A stretch of DNA of 64,000 nt, taken from the NCBI RefSeq assembly GCF_964355755.1, contig NC_092674.1, positions 25,978,001 to 26,042,000 of the forward strand, read 5' to 3'. The translations under genes were made by a program, and so were the position numbers. Origin of the DNA: Antedon mediterranea (Eukaryota; Animalia; Echinodermata). The notes beneath the pieces were generated by a model. That model saw only the letters and a list, made by a program, of their open reading frames with translations, was not told where the DNA came from and did no database searches. This document shows positions 1 through 12,700 of this stretch, one piece after another. Each line of letters opens with the position of its first letter. Position 1 is the first letter of the stretch.

Positions 1-3000
1 TACATAGAAGTCTTTTTTCATTCAACGTTTAAAAAGACTAGGCCTTAAAAGATTACGCACAACTTACAAATCTTCCTTTTTTTGTACAAACCTTAATCAT
101 TTTAAAACATTGTATGAGAACATAGAATTCGCGAACTAGGCCTACTTTTTAAATGTATGCTCGAGGACATTTTTTTCAATGTTGATTAACAGAAAAACAT
201 TGCATCTAAAAGTAATATGTAAATGAACGTAATCTATATTAAAATTAATGAAGCCAATGGGCTTAATAATGAATTTGAGATTTCAGACGACGAATTTAAG
301 ACATCGCATGAAAATTGAACATTTTAAAATGCTAGTCCTACTTCGTAAATTGTATCAAAATTGACAGCCTACCTTAAAGCACATGAACAACAATGGAGAA
401 ACTTTCTACAGGAATGAAATACTACATCGTTGCAGTGACGGATACAAACTACTACGTTGAAGCTCTGTACTGTGTAAACAGGTAGACTGAATTAATAAGA
501 GACACGGCTACTAACTAGCAACAAAGGATGAATAGACACGGTTACCAAAATTATACGGTTGAGCCAAGAAGCAGTTTCTTTACTTTATGATTATACATCT
601 ATGTCAATTTATTTACATACATCTACTAAGCTATTAAGACTGGACTCATGATCCAATAGGTCACGTGTTGGCTATTTATACGGGTTATTTAAGCAGCAGC
701 ATTGTCATACACCAATTAAGAAAAACGTGAAAACAACACGTTGTTGTATTACGGTCAACTATTTCATCGTCCATCGATCATTATTGTAGATACACTGTAC
801 TTTTTGCAGTTTTAAAGATGCATCACAACTCTTTACATTACCATTTTAATTGATCATAAATAATAGTAAGGTGACCAATCCGCTCTAAATATTTTAGCAT
901 TATCTATTTTCAGTTAGTTATTATTGTATATGGTACAAAAACTGTCAAGTATATTAAACACCATAGCTCTAATTGTTCATCTATCTTCTCAAATACATTT
1001 ATTTTTAAGATAAGATTTCTTCCATTATCTGCTTTCCAAACCCATGCTATCATATCAGATAGCTGCATAGCATGGTCGATCTATCCATCAAAATAAATTT
1101 AACTTAAATAATCATAAAAAATATCATATTTGTCATATAAAAGACGAATACCTATAGTTAAGAAAACTCAGTAAAATCTATCCATTATCTCTTTCAATAT
1201 AGAAGAATATCAAATAGCTAATGGGTAACATACAATCGTTTTAAATAAAAATAAGTAGAATAAAAAATGCATATCAGGATAAAAATTAATTCTGATTTAT
1301 TTACATAAATATATTTTTATAAATTCACAGTAATCGTAACTTCATAGATTGGTTTTTCAGCAGCATGAATACCTACCAATTAATCTTACTTTTGTAACTA
1401 TTTTTCCTGTTAATTAACTAAATTTATAGTTTGTTTGAGTGCCATAAATAATGACAGCGCATCTTATTGTAGCATGCACCGTATAAAATAATAGTCTCAT
1501 ATGCTATCATCAATTTGCAACTGTATAATGTTCAGACACCAGTGCATGATTAACCACGAAAAGCTCACATTAAATTATTTCCTTTTGTTTCTATTTTTAG
1601 AACTAGACATTCACATTTTAAATGTAATTATACCTGGTAATAAATTAAATTAAACTAATAATCGGATCTTTTGTGACACATACTAGATTTAAGCCGATTT
1701 TCCACTAGGCGAATTTGTTCGCGTTAACTTATACGCATAGAGAGGATTTGGACGCGTATAAGCTGAAGTTGTGTACTACATTTATATTAGTCACCAGCTA
1801 GATTCTGTTTGTTTAAAGTTGCCTTTAATTACATTCGTTGGTAGGCTACTTTATTTACCGTTATGCATTACGTAAGTATCTCTTATAGATTATTCACGCA
1901 TACTAATAGCACAAAACTGTAAACAATGTTGAAACTTCTTCTTGCATTTACCAACCATCACCGCTGTCGAACAATCGCGCGCCGCATCAAACTTTCGGAC
2001 ATTCTTAAAATCTTAACTTGTTCAAAACTTGAAGATAATTGTTTTACACAATCTCTATTAGATATTCAGTACATTTATTTCTTTAAAAGTACTAACATAG
2101 AATGCTGTGTAAATATATATTCAAGATCCGGCCGATAAACTAGCAGCAATTCAGAACATTTTGAACAGTTCTCAAAACACTCAAGAGACAAGATAAGAAA
2201 CTGCTAAGAAATACAAAAACATAAATCATAGAGTACATTACAGATCGATCAAGTTAAATCGTTCGATAGTGGTATAAATTACAGCTTCTGGTTATTCTCC
2301 GGGTTGTTCTAGAAAGGGTCGAACATGTAATAAATAAGAAACCTAGCCTAACATTAAGCTATAGTATTCCGGGTAGGTTTGTTGTTTCATAGGCAGTTAT
2401 TGCTAATTTTGGTGTGTAAGAATCAAATTATAACTTCCCTAAAAAATGAGTACAGACGGCTTTAGAATATCATTATTTAATAATAAATTCGAAAACCACA
2501 AGTTCCGAAAGTTGTAAAGAAAGGAAGGAAGTTTAAAATTGGATTGTTAAGAAAACTATTTAAATCTAAAAAAAAAAATCATATTTACATTTAGGAATAC
2601 ACTTTTTTTATAGAATATTTCTTATTCACGATTTTATTTCATCGAAATCCACTTTAAAGATTCATTAATAATTAATAAGCCTAATTAAGTTCCATGTTTT
2701 AGCGATGTCTCATGCGCAACGGTAAAATCCAGCCATCTGGAACTAAATTCCTTACAGATCAAAATGGCATAATTACTCTTTAATTGGACGAAGACCTTTA
2801 TAAATTACAGTACATCATCTAATAGATTTATAGATTTGTTTCTAAACTGTTATTCGTTGGAGAACAGCGTTTGACGCTGTAATGCAATCCTTCTGTCTAG
2901 AAAATCAATTGTACATTTACATTTATTCAATAAAGTAGGCGGGAATAACGCCTGTAGAATTCTCGCAGACGACGTAGAATAGGCAAAACCAATCTTGATG

Positions 3001-4355
3001 ATGAAATGAAAGAAAAAATAACAGAAGAATAAATCGATTTTGTGATAAACAAACTGATTGTGTTGACATAATATCTCTAGAACAAAGGATAACTAAAATA
3101 AACTGTTAGTTTGATCTTCTACCTCAATTAATTTTGAAGTGGCATTACATTTGTTTTACCATTTGTTTTTTTCCCTCAAGAAAGATCGTGTTAAGTTTGT
3201 TAAACAATTTAAAGTATCGTTTATTTCCATCATTATCAGAATTGTATGACGCGTTTTAGGCCTAAGGTGTGTAAACGACGAAAACTTTGGAAAATAATCA
3301 AATTTTTTAATTGAAAGTAACAATTTATTTAACCGGTCATGGCCATCAAAAACAAGTAAATACAGTTATGACAATACTGTTTCTTAGGCTACTGTGTTAA
3401 AGCAATTTTTCGCTTTCACGACATAACACTCGATTACGTGACTATGCGCCTGACGAAAAAGGGTATTCTTGGCATGCTCAGAACTCTGGGCATGCGCATA
3501 ATTACTCGATAGGCATAGGCAAGTGAACGAAAGGTTGAGAAATAAATCTTGACAAGTGGAGAGGTGATGAAGTTGGTACAAACTTTGTATGCAATATTTT
3601 AGAAAATATGGGATGGCGTGACAACAATAAATTGTCTCTAATGTAAACATGGTCAATGTTGACTTTTAAATTCAATAAATAAAGTCGAAACTTATTTTTG
3701 AAAGATGGTGTCACCATGCGATAACAAAACGTTTTTCCTATCAACGCTTTACGTGATTTATACGTTTATACGTAATAAACATGTTGACTATAAATTTCAT
3801 TACCGGGCTTGTTTTCTAATTATTTATTTATAATGTCACATTTTCACATGAAATATATGATTCGGATATTCAGCTTCCTTTAAATATCCTTTTTTTTATC
3901 AACATTTCCTGAGTATCGTGATTTGATCTTAGGTTTATCGCAGATAGCCTGCGCGATGCATGATGGGATGGAAATATTGGCACGCGCGTTGTTTTTTACG
4001 TTTTCACAATTCCTTCTCTCCAATGACGCTCCTCGCGATATTAAGCTACCTGCAATAAACATTATTATCTAAATATTTTTCAAGAAATGTTTTTTCTGGT
4101 ATTACGTGTTACAATTTGTATGATATCGAGTACATTTTTTCTCCAGAGTAATGTTGTTAAAATTGGATTTTAAATTTAAATTACATTTTCTCTTAAAATA
4201 TAAACATACGTGCAATTGAGTGGCACATTTAATAATGTGCTATGGGAACCTGATCGTCATGTTTAGAAATGATTAAAAACATTTTATTAGCAAGGGCCTA
4301 TATCTTTTAAAATGAGATCAGTTAATTTGTGAACCGAATCGAAAACTGTTCTTAA

Positions 4356-4664
4356 AGATGTAGGCCCTATTGTCCCCCAAAAACATGAAAAATGAAGATT
4401 GATTACATTTAAAAAGACTATTTTGCAGTTTTAACAAAGTTATTCACTTCTGTAAAAAAACACAAACAATAATTATTTCACTTATAAAAAGACAAAAGAA
4501 ACGGTTAATTTTAACCATTGTCTGATAGACAATTTAAGTATTTATTTACTTTAGGCCTAAATTACATTTTTTTCTGGTAAATAATTTTTATCAAACCAAA
4601 TAACTAGCATGTGACATTAAAATGGCATATTCAATAAAAACTTTTTTATGGTGACAACATATCT
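4356..4664. mobile_element. Kolobok-like MITE family B, inverted copy carrying two GGCC(C)TA insertions
   Basis: TTAA flanks (4352-4355, 4665-4668); reverse-complement similarity to 59440-59777. Confidence 0.75.
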
Positions 4665-5160
4665 TTAATCAATCAATCAAACAATCAAAAGTTATACAAA
4701 ATGGTGTAAAGAAAGGTAATTAAATTGTAGAAGGCATGTTAAAAAAAAAAGCAAAAAGCTTGTGAAAGATGATTTCAGAAAACTATTTATTTAAAAAATA
4801 GTTTTTGCTTTATTTTATTTTGTAACTAAGTTTTATCTATTAAACTCTTGAAGATTGGAATGTAATCACATGGATATAACATTCACAATGGGACGGATTT
4901 TAACACAATTAATTGATGATCTTGAAACTAAATTTAATAAAATTGTCGATTACCATTGTAAACACGATTGCCATTTGGTAATTTATCATGAACATCCTAA
5001 TGGAAAAATGTTAATAGTTCAAATATTTCGAACAAAATTATATTAATTGATGACTTTCAAACTAAATTGTATTAAGTTGGTAACATTGTTGATTTTTCTT
5101 GTAAGCAGTTTTGGTATTCAGTAATGTATAAAGAGTTATATGATTATTAGTATACATTAG

Positions 5161-5610
5161 CAAAGAACTTATAACGCAAGAATCTCCTGTTCGTCCGAAG
5201 CGCGTAACAATTTCGAAAGGCATTGTGGGATAGAATAGAGCTATGGGTGGCGCCATTGTGAGCCATGGAGTAGGGCGCCCGCATCAAATTAGAAAGTCAA
5301 AATCATAGAGGGGATCTGCTAATGCTCTAGGGGGGATAGAGTAATTGACTGAGGAGTAGGGCGCCCGCATCAAATTAGAAAGTCAAAATCATAGAGGGTA
5401 TCTGCTAATACTCTAGGGGGATCTGCTAATACTCTAGGGGGATCTGCTAATACTCTAGGGGGTAGAGTAATTGACTTCCTAGTTTGGAGGGGGCGCTGCT
5501 CCATGCTGTGAAATGGCGTCGCCCAGTTTGACCTTTTAACCCTGTACTTCCGATACTGTGTTTTGAATGCAAATTGAAGAACAGGAGATTCTTGTGTTAT
5601 AAGTTCTTTG
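5161..5610. mobile_element. Non-autonomous P-element-like DNA transposon (450 bp)
   Basis: 32-bp TIR CAAAGAACTTATAAC(G/A)CAAGAATCTCCTGTTC with one mismatch; 7-bp TSD ACATTAG (5154-5160 / 5611-5617); internal tandem duplications. Confidence 0.85.
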
Positions 5611-8600
5611 ACATTAGTCGGAGGAATATAAAGGGCCCCTTTCCAGACATGTAACGTTTAATGGGAATAATTTATCAATTTAAATATTGAGTTAAAACAC
5701 AATGATGATACATTAATTGATGATCTTCAGTCTAAATTTCAATGATTACCATAACAAACATTATTGCTATTTGGTAATGTATATCATGAATATAACATTA
5801 ACAATGGCACGAATTTATAAATTTAAATCTTGAGTTCAAACACAATATTATTGATGATCTATAAACTAAATTTCTATGACCTTTTTTTAATAAACACTAC
5901 TATTTTAAAATGTAAAAAGACTATATCATATTAACCTAGTTTTCAAATACCAATGGTATAAATGTACCGCTAATAGGCCTACAGCAAACCTATCATTCAA
6001 TATTTTCTTCAGAAGGTTGCGCAAATACAGGAATACTTTCTATCACCTACATGTTAATAAATCTCAACACCCACCCTTTCCATCAAATAATAATAATAAA
6101 CCATTTCCAATGAAACAGGGTGATTTAAAATAAATGTACAACTTTACAGAACTATTATTTCTAAACCTAGCGAAGTTAAACACATTACCAATGATTAATG
6201 TTTGGTGTCTGCGAATAATGTAGATAACACACGGATATCCACTTCACTGTCTTATCTTATGTATATACAAACTTCAAAGTTACCATAATTATTTATCTCT
6301 AAACAGAGTGATAGCACTAAACAGAGAAGATGTCTAATTCCATTTAGCTTGTTTTCTTCAATAAATATTATAGTACAGTATGTCTGTACCCCATCCAATC
6401 AACACTCGCGAGTTCCAATTAAACATATAGGCCTAAACGTTCTGTCTAATATCTTTAGGTAACTTTTTTTTTATCTTTCGTGGTTAATCACTATTTTTAT
6501 ACATTCATTTTTTCAATTCAATTTTGTGTACATCATATCTTCTATCATTTATTCTATTTTTGTATCCTCTTGAATATTATTTTAACACATATTTAGGTAC
6601 TATAGAAATTATTACCCGCCCTTTGTTCATGTGACACCATAAATGTATCTAGGCCTATAGGATGTATTGTATACTATAACTCGAAATCACCTCGGAGGCC
6701 TAGAAAAACACAACCGACCCGATCAAATTTCGAAACTTATAAAAGAAACAAGTTAAGCACAAGTTTTTAGTCCCTACACTGTATCCTCGCGGAGTGGCCA
6801 CGGATTAAAAGGTAGACCAATTATAAATGTACAAGAAATATATTTTTTCTTAAGCTCTGTCTACACTATCAAACTTTATGTGACAACAAAATCTAATATA
6901 CCAAATAGGCCTATGGTAGTGATGTTCGCAAAAATGGTAAGATATGATGTCATCGTGTCCATATATGCACAAATCAAATTGTTGTTTGATATTGTTAGAC
7001 AGAGCTTTATGCATTCAAATAGATTTACAACTTACAGTTGAACTGAACAAAAACAATTTCAAGCTTCTGAGAATATATAACTCTTTTAGACACTTCTAGC
7101 AACTACTTGTAAAAGAGAAATCATTAATCAATGCATTAGCATTCATAACTGGCTGTTAAATTAAACAGACGCACAGTATTCAAATAGCCGATTGACAAAA
7201 AAATGTGATGTGCCCAAATATGGTAGTGATATTCACAAATATGGTAAGATATGATGTCATCCTGTCCATGTATGGGCACATCAAACTTTCGTTTGATAGT
7301 GTAGACAGCAGTACAAGACAACAGGATTGAAATATACAAATCAGGCCACCGCTGACATTATAAATAATTGTACTTTCCTATAAAAACCAAGATATTACAA
7401 TTACCTAATAATATTAGCTTATGCGAACACAAACATCCGACAGGACAATTATAAATAATGTAGGCTTGATTGATTCTTAACATTATTTTGCTAAATTCTT
7501 CTAAACATTAATAAAATTCAATTTTCTTGGAAATATATTGATCAATTCAATGTATTCAAGATCCTTCTTATAGTCGTCCGCATTTTTATTTACAAAACAT
7601 TGTAATGATTAAGTATTGCGTTATTATTTTCAAACTCCATTAAACAAGGCCATATACATAGCTGCAGTCGCGTGCTCAAGCTAGTGTTTATCGACCAACC
7701 GACCAACTGACCGACCAATCGACCGATTGGTCGGAGATTGCGATTGCGTCAGAATAACAGTCGCGTTTTATTTGGTGACGCGTAATTCCCGTTCCAGCTA
7801 GATAGTGTTTTATAAAAAAATACTATTTATCATGGTCGATTCCTAAGGGCGAGTGGGTGGGAACGTGACTCGTTACGCAATTATAAACAATCAGTCTGAA
7901 GTAGGGTACAGCTGAATGAGCCACCACCAGAATCTATAGTGCACATTAGTACTGATCACGAGATATTATTCACACAATGCAGTACTTGTTATCCGATTAC
8001 GTGTGTGTAACGCAGTGACGTAATATGTTGCCCGTTCACACTGTGATACCGGTACAGTATTTAATGCAAGCGTAGATCTTTTTATATTTTGCGATTCTTT
8101 TGCACCTGGAAACTGGTTCGGACCACGATTGCGTCAAATTTGTGAGAGTGATGACGTGACTCGTTTCTGTAGCGAAACGCAACTTACAAAAAACAATGTT
8201 ATGCGTGTGGTGTGACACTAAGAACTGGTTTGCGCTAGTCATTTTCACCCGATTGCGTCGAATTTGTGAGAGTGACGACGTACATTACTCGTTTGTGTAA
8301 CAAAACGCAAGCAAGTCAAACAAATGTGTGGTGAAACAATAAGAACTGGTTGCGTTACGTTCTTGTGTTGCGTCGCTAGTGGGAACCACGCTTTAAATAA
8401 AGTAGAAGATAAAAGAATGTAGAAGATGTAATAACGAAATGTTTGCGAAGTTAAGCGGTTTTATTTTTCGTTGAAAACTGTCATTACTCATAAACTCGAG
8501 TGTTTCTTCCTGTTTCTGCTACATAACATACTACTTCGCGAATTATTCATGAATAAATCATGCATAATTAATGAACAAACATTCCTACGCGATCTCTCAT

Positions 8601-8678
8601 ACAAGATAAGATCCTGTTTCTGTAGTACATCTCCCATTTACGTACATCTCAGTTCAGAGTTCGTAAATGAGAAAGTTA

Positions 8679-8884
8679 AACGTGGTTCCCACTAGAACGC
8701 AACGCAACGTAACGACGTATCGACGCAAAGTGACGCATTGCGTAATCGCAAGTGGGAACCGACGACGCACCATTGCTGTAAAAATCGCAGGTTTGATTTC
8801 ACGCAGGCAAACAAAAAGATTGGAAGGGCATTTTCTTACGTTGCGTAAATTGCGTTACGTTGCGTCGCAAGTGAGAACCCAGCT
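8679..8884. mobile_element. Harbinger-like MITE (GTGGTTCCCACTAG..ACGCAACG family); a related right end at ~8350-8393
   Basis: Inverted ends CGTGGTTCCCACTAGAACGCAACG / CGTTGCGTCGCAAGTGAGAACCCAGCT with TWA flanks. Confidence 0.65.
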
Positions 8885-9761
8885 TTAGTATGTTCGGTAT
8901 AAAACCTCCCATATTTAATGAATGACTTAGAACATGAGTAAATAATTGAATGAACGAATGAGTGAATGAACGAATAAATGAATGACAAAATGAACGAATG
9001 ACTAAATGAACGAAATGAAATGAGTACAAATACAAATAGTAATTTAAAACGCAGAAAATGTGAAATATATACTAGGATCGTTTTGTAAAAATAAAAACTA
9101 TAGTTTTGCTCAAATGCACGCCTAAATGACATAAGAATTAACGACAATAAAGAAAACAGTTTAAAAATATGTTTATAAATGTTTTTTTATTTTTCATCAG
9201 TTTTGACTGAAGAGAGATTGCCAAGTAGGCAATGAAAATTCTTTTCCTTGATTTTTACAAATAAAATACAAATAAATCGGTAAAACACTGATTTTATATT
9301 ATTTTTTTTTTATATTAATTATATACAGTACAATGTTTACTGTAATTTAGGTCATCTATACAACTTCTGCACATGCTCAGAAAAATGGACTAAATTCAGC
9401 ATTGTAACAGATTCTTGACAATTTATATCTTTTCTTTATTTTATTCTTTATTAGTCCCGTATCAAAGGCAAATCCTGTGATACAGCTTCACATGTGACCC
9501 CTGTACAATAAACCCTTAACTTAACCTTCCATGATACATGAACCACATGTGATACCCATGAGATGCTGTATTACGGAGTTTGCTTTGATACTGGACAAAT
9601 TTTGTCATAATGTAGAGATACAGCACTAAAAGAGGTGATATTCTATGGTACCAGGGAGTGAGAGAAAACATTTTTGAAATTCTCACCATCTTGTCAGCCC
9701 AAATTTCTCAAGCTTTAAGCAAGCAAATAAAAAATAAATATTGTAAGATCGTTATTTATTC

Positions 9762-12700
9762 TCATGTCTCCATAGATTCTTCAAGGTCAACGGCAACAAA
9801 GTCGTCCTCGTCGCTGTCCTCGCTATCGTACACGTGTCTCGCATTTTCATCGACATCCAACTCTTCATCGCTTTGTTGAGTGTCTTCCAACGGTATGTCG
9901 TCCATCGTTGGATCAAACTGATTTTCATCTTCATCTTCTTCCGCAAACATCTTTTCATCTTCATCCTCCATCTTCATACTGCTCAGATTGGTACCATCTT
10001 GAGATTTGATAATTCCTTGATTAGGGGTGTCCTCATTCTCGGATTCTTCTTCACTTTCGCTGTAATGCTGCAAGAACGTGAAGTTTCCGTCATCTTCACT
10101 GTCGCCCTCATCTTCGCTGTTTTCTGGCGTAATCTGTAGATCCTTAAATAAAACACTGTCTTCTCGATGCATCAAGGCACTATTATTATCCTAAAAAGAG
10201 CATAAATCAAAAATATAAAATATCATTAATTAAATAAATACACAAACATTTTATTTTATTAATAGGTTGATCTGTTAAAATCCTTAACACCAAAAATGTG
10301 TTCTATTTATTTTCACTTCCTTTTATTATTATCCTAAAAAGAGCATAAATCAAATATATTAAATATTATTAATTAAATAAATACACACAAATTTTATTTT
10401 ATTAAGCTGAAAAATGTTTTTTTTTTAAATATATATATTATTTTCACTTTCTCAAATATGAAGTTCCTATGATTTGAACCCTAGACACTAGAAATTGCAA
10501 GCAAGGATGATGTCCACTAAACGTCAGTGCAACTATTTTGTTATATTTGATGGAGTAGTGTAAATGCAGTTTGATATGCGAATGTAATTTATTATGTGTT
10601 TCTAATCAGTGTCAACTCATACCTATTTTCATGCCTTTGTCGTGCCATACTCATTGATTTTTTTGTTGTAATATTCAATTTATGCAATACTAGAATCATT
10701 TCCTATATCATATTGTGAAGTTTTATCAGAAATTAGAAGTAAAGCTCCGTCTACACTATCAAACCAGTTTGACAAAAAAAGTGTGATGCCCAAATATGGT
10801 AGTGATATGCCCACATATTGTAGTGATATGATGTCACCATATCCATATATTGGCACATCACATTTTTTGTCCCCATAAAGTTTGACAGTGTAGACAGAGC
10901 TTAAGGATTTGACTGTGGGGCCTCTCCCTGGAAGAGGGTGTAGAGAACACTGTACCTGGCCTAGTTCATAGAAGGGACTAGCAGATGCTGGCCCCCATGC
11001 TGGCCTAGCGACATTTGCGTACAGTTAAACCCTTCATTTGGAACACCCCCAATTCAGGGATATTAGGCCAGAGGAAGGAATCGAATCCAATACCCTGTGA
11101 TTGTACGACAAGCCTTTCAACCACATCTAAGCACCGTGATCAGGATTACTATCTTACCTGTAAATCACTAGGTCCCTGCCTATTCTCATCGTATCCTTCA
11201 ATATCTACAAACTCGCTGTCGTCAATTCCTCCAATCAATTTTGAATACGAGAAGCCACTCATACTATCATCATCAAATCCTGCCAACAAAAAAAAAAGTA
11301 TTAATACAGTTCCCATATAACACATCTGTTCAGGGGACAACCTATTACGGGACATTTTTTCATGAAAACCGAACAAGAGGCAATACAGTGTATGTTTTAC
11401 AATACAACCAACAATTATTCAGAGGACACTCCTATCCAAGGGTCCAGGTCAATTTTTCGCCCTACAAATTAGAGGTGTTGTGTTGTCGTGAGGTGAGTTC
11501 CCGATTAATCGTACGATCAAAACGGTACTGGGTATGATCAACTAGCGTTCGTGTTCCCACCTAATCATCCATTCATAGAAGTACTGATGAAGATATCAAT
11601 CTGTGGCGACAATAGAATGGACCCGAGACCTGACGCATGATATATAAATCCAAAGGCAAATTACTAAAAAAAATGACAATGCTGTGGGTAACAGTCAGTG
11701 GCTGGATCTCAATGGAGATACAAAATAAAATAAGCAAAAAGCTAAATCAAAACGATAAAGTAAAACAGCCAGAAAAATTATATACATATAATTTTTCTGT
11801 TGGAGATTTTGACAAAAACAGCAAAAAAAAACAAAACAAGAGCATTTACCTTGATAACTGTCCTCGTTTGTGGTTGTACTCATTGGCGTGTGTGGCGCTG
11901 TTAAACTGTCCGTCTCTGCCGCTTCCATAGCTGCATCACGGACAGCTACAATGCTTTTCTCGAGTTGGGTCAAATACTCACTGTTTTCTGCAAGTTCGCG
12001 CTTGCATGTTGCAACAATCTCGCCAGCAATCCTGGTGTAGTTACTATCAGGACCTACCGATAATTATAAGATTATAAGATATTAATGCAGTTAATGAAAA
12101 CTTATTTATAAATTGTTAAACAATAACAAAAAATAAGTCAGAATAATATAATAAATGAAAATAAATTATAACAAAAAATAGTGGCATTAGTAGTTAACAT
12201 GCTTTCCTTCTAATCCTAAGGTCCCGGGTTCAATCCTGACCTAGTGCCACTCTCTAAGCCTCAAATGTTACTACAAGGATATTGTTTATTTAATTGGAAA
12301 CAACAATGTAGGCACAAGTGAGTTGACCAATCACAAGTAACAGTTCGGATGATTTACTGTGCCATGATTGGTCAAATCAACTGTGCAACGATTATGTCTT
12401 CATATTGCGTGGGAATGAAGCTTTACTTGCTGTTGACTGTGTATAAATAAAATACAGGTCAAATGGAAAAGGCAACAAAGTTTTTATTGAATGTATTTTA
12501 CCATTGTATTTCTTGCTGTTTTCGTATATAAGTTCCACGTGATCTAAGAACTCATCTCGTGTGCGGTAGTAATGCCTAGTGGTGTTTTTGCGAACGCTTT
12601 CAAGGTCCATTGGTATCTCTACAACTTTATAGTAATCTTTCACAAATTTGGCTTTTACGGGATTGTGGAATGGCCAGCTCTAAAAAATGCGGAGAGAAAA

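Noticed and set aside
3502-3744. ORF containing IDHVYI, like an AP-endonuclease C-terminal motif
   Set aside because: A single short motif; no other endonuclease or RT motifs nearby.
6770-6830. TCCTCGC loop reminiscent of an HDV-like ribozyme
   Set aside because: Flanking bases cannot form P3/P1 pairing.
10915-11016. Hairpins with AGAGAA and a terminal ACATTT resembling an H/ACA snoRNA
   Set aside because: Antisense to the host gene, and the two-hairpin geometry is not convincing; would need Infernal/snoGPS.
11280-11849. Search for an equivalent of the vertebrate neural TAF1 6-nt microexon
   Set aside because: No convincing AG-(3n)-GT microexon seen; the candidate exon near 11560-11630 contains an in-frame stop.
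12181-12250. tRNA-like sequences (also 21720-21762, 13875-13944, 37300-37374)
   Set aside because: A/B boxes are present but there is no intact cloverleaf, and most continue into shared SINE bodies.
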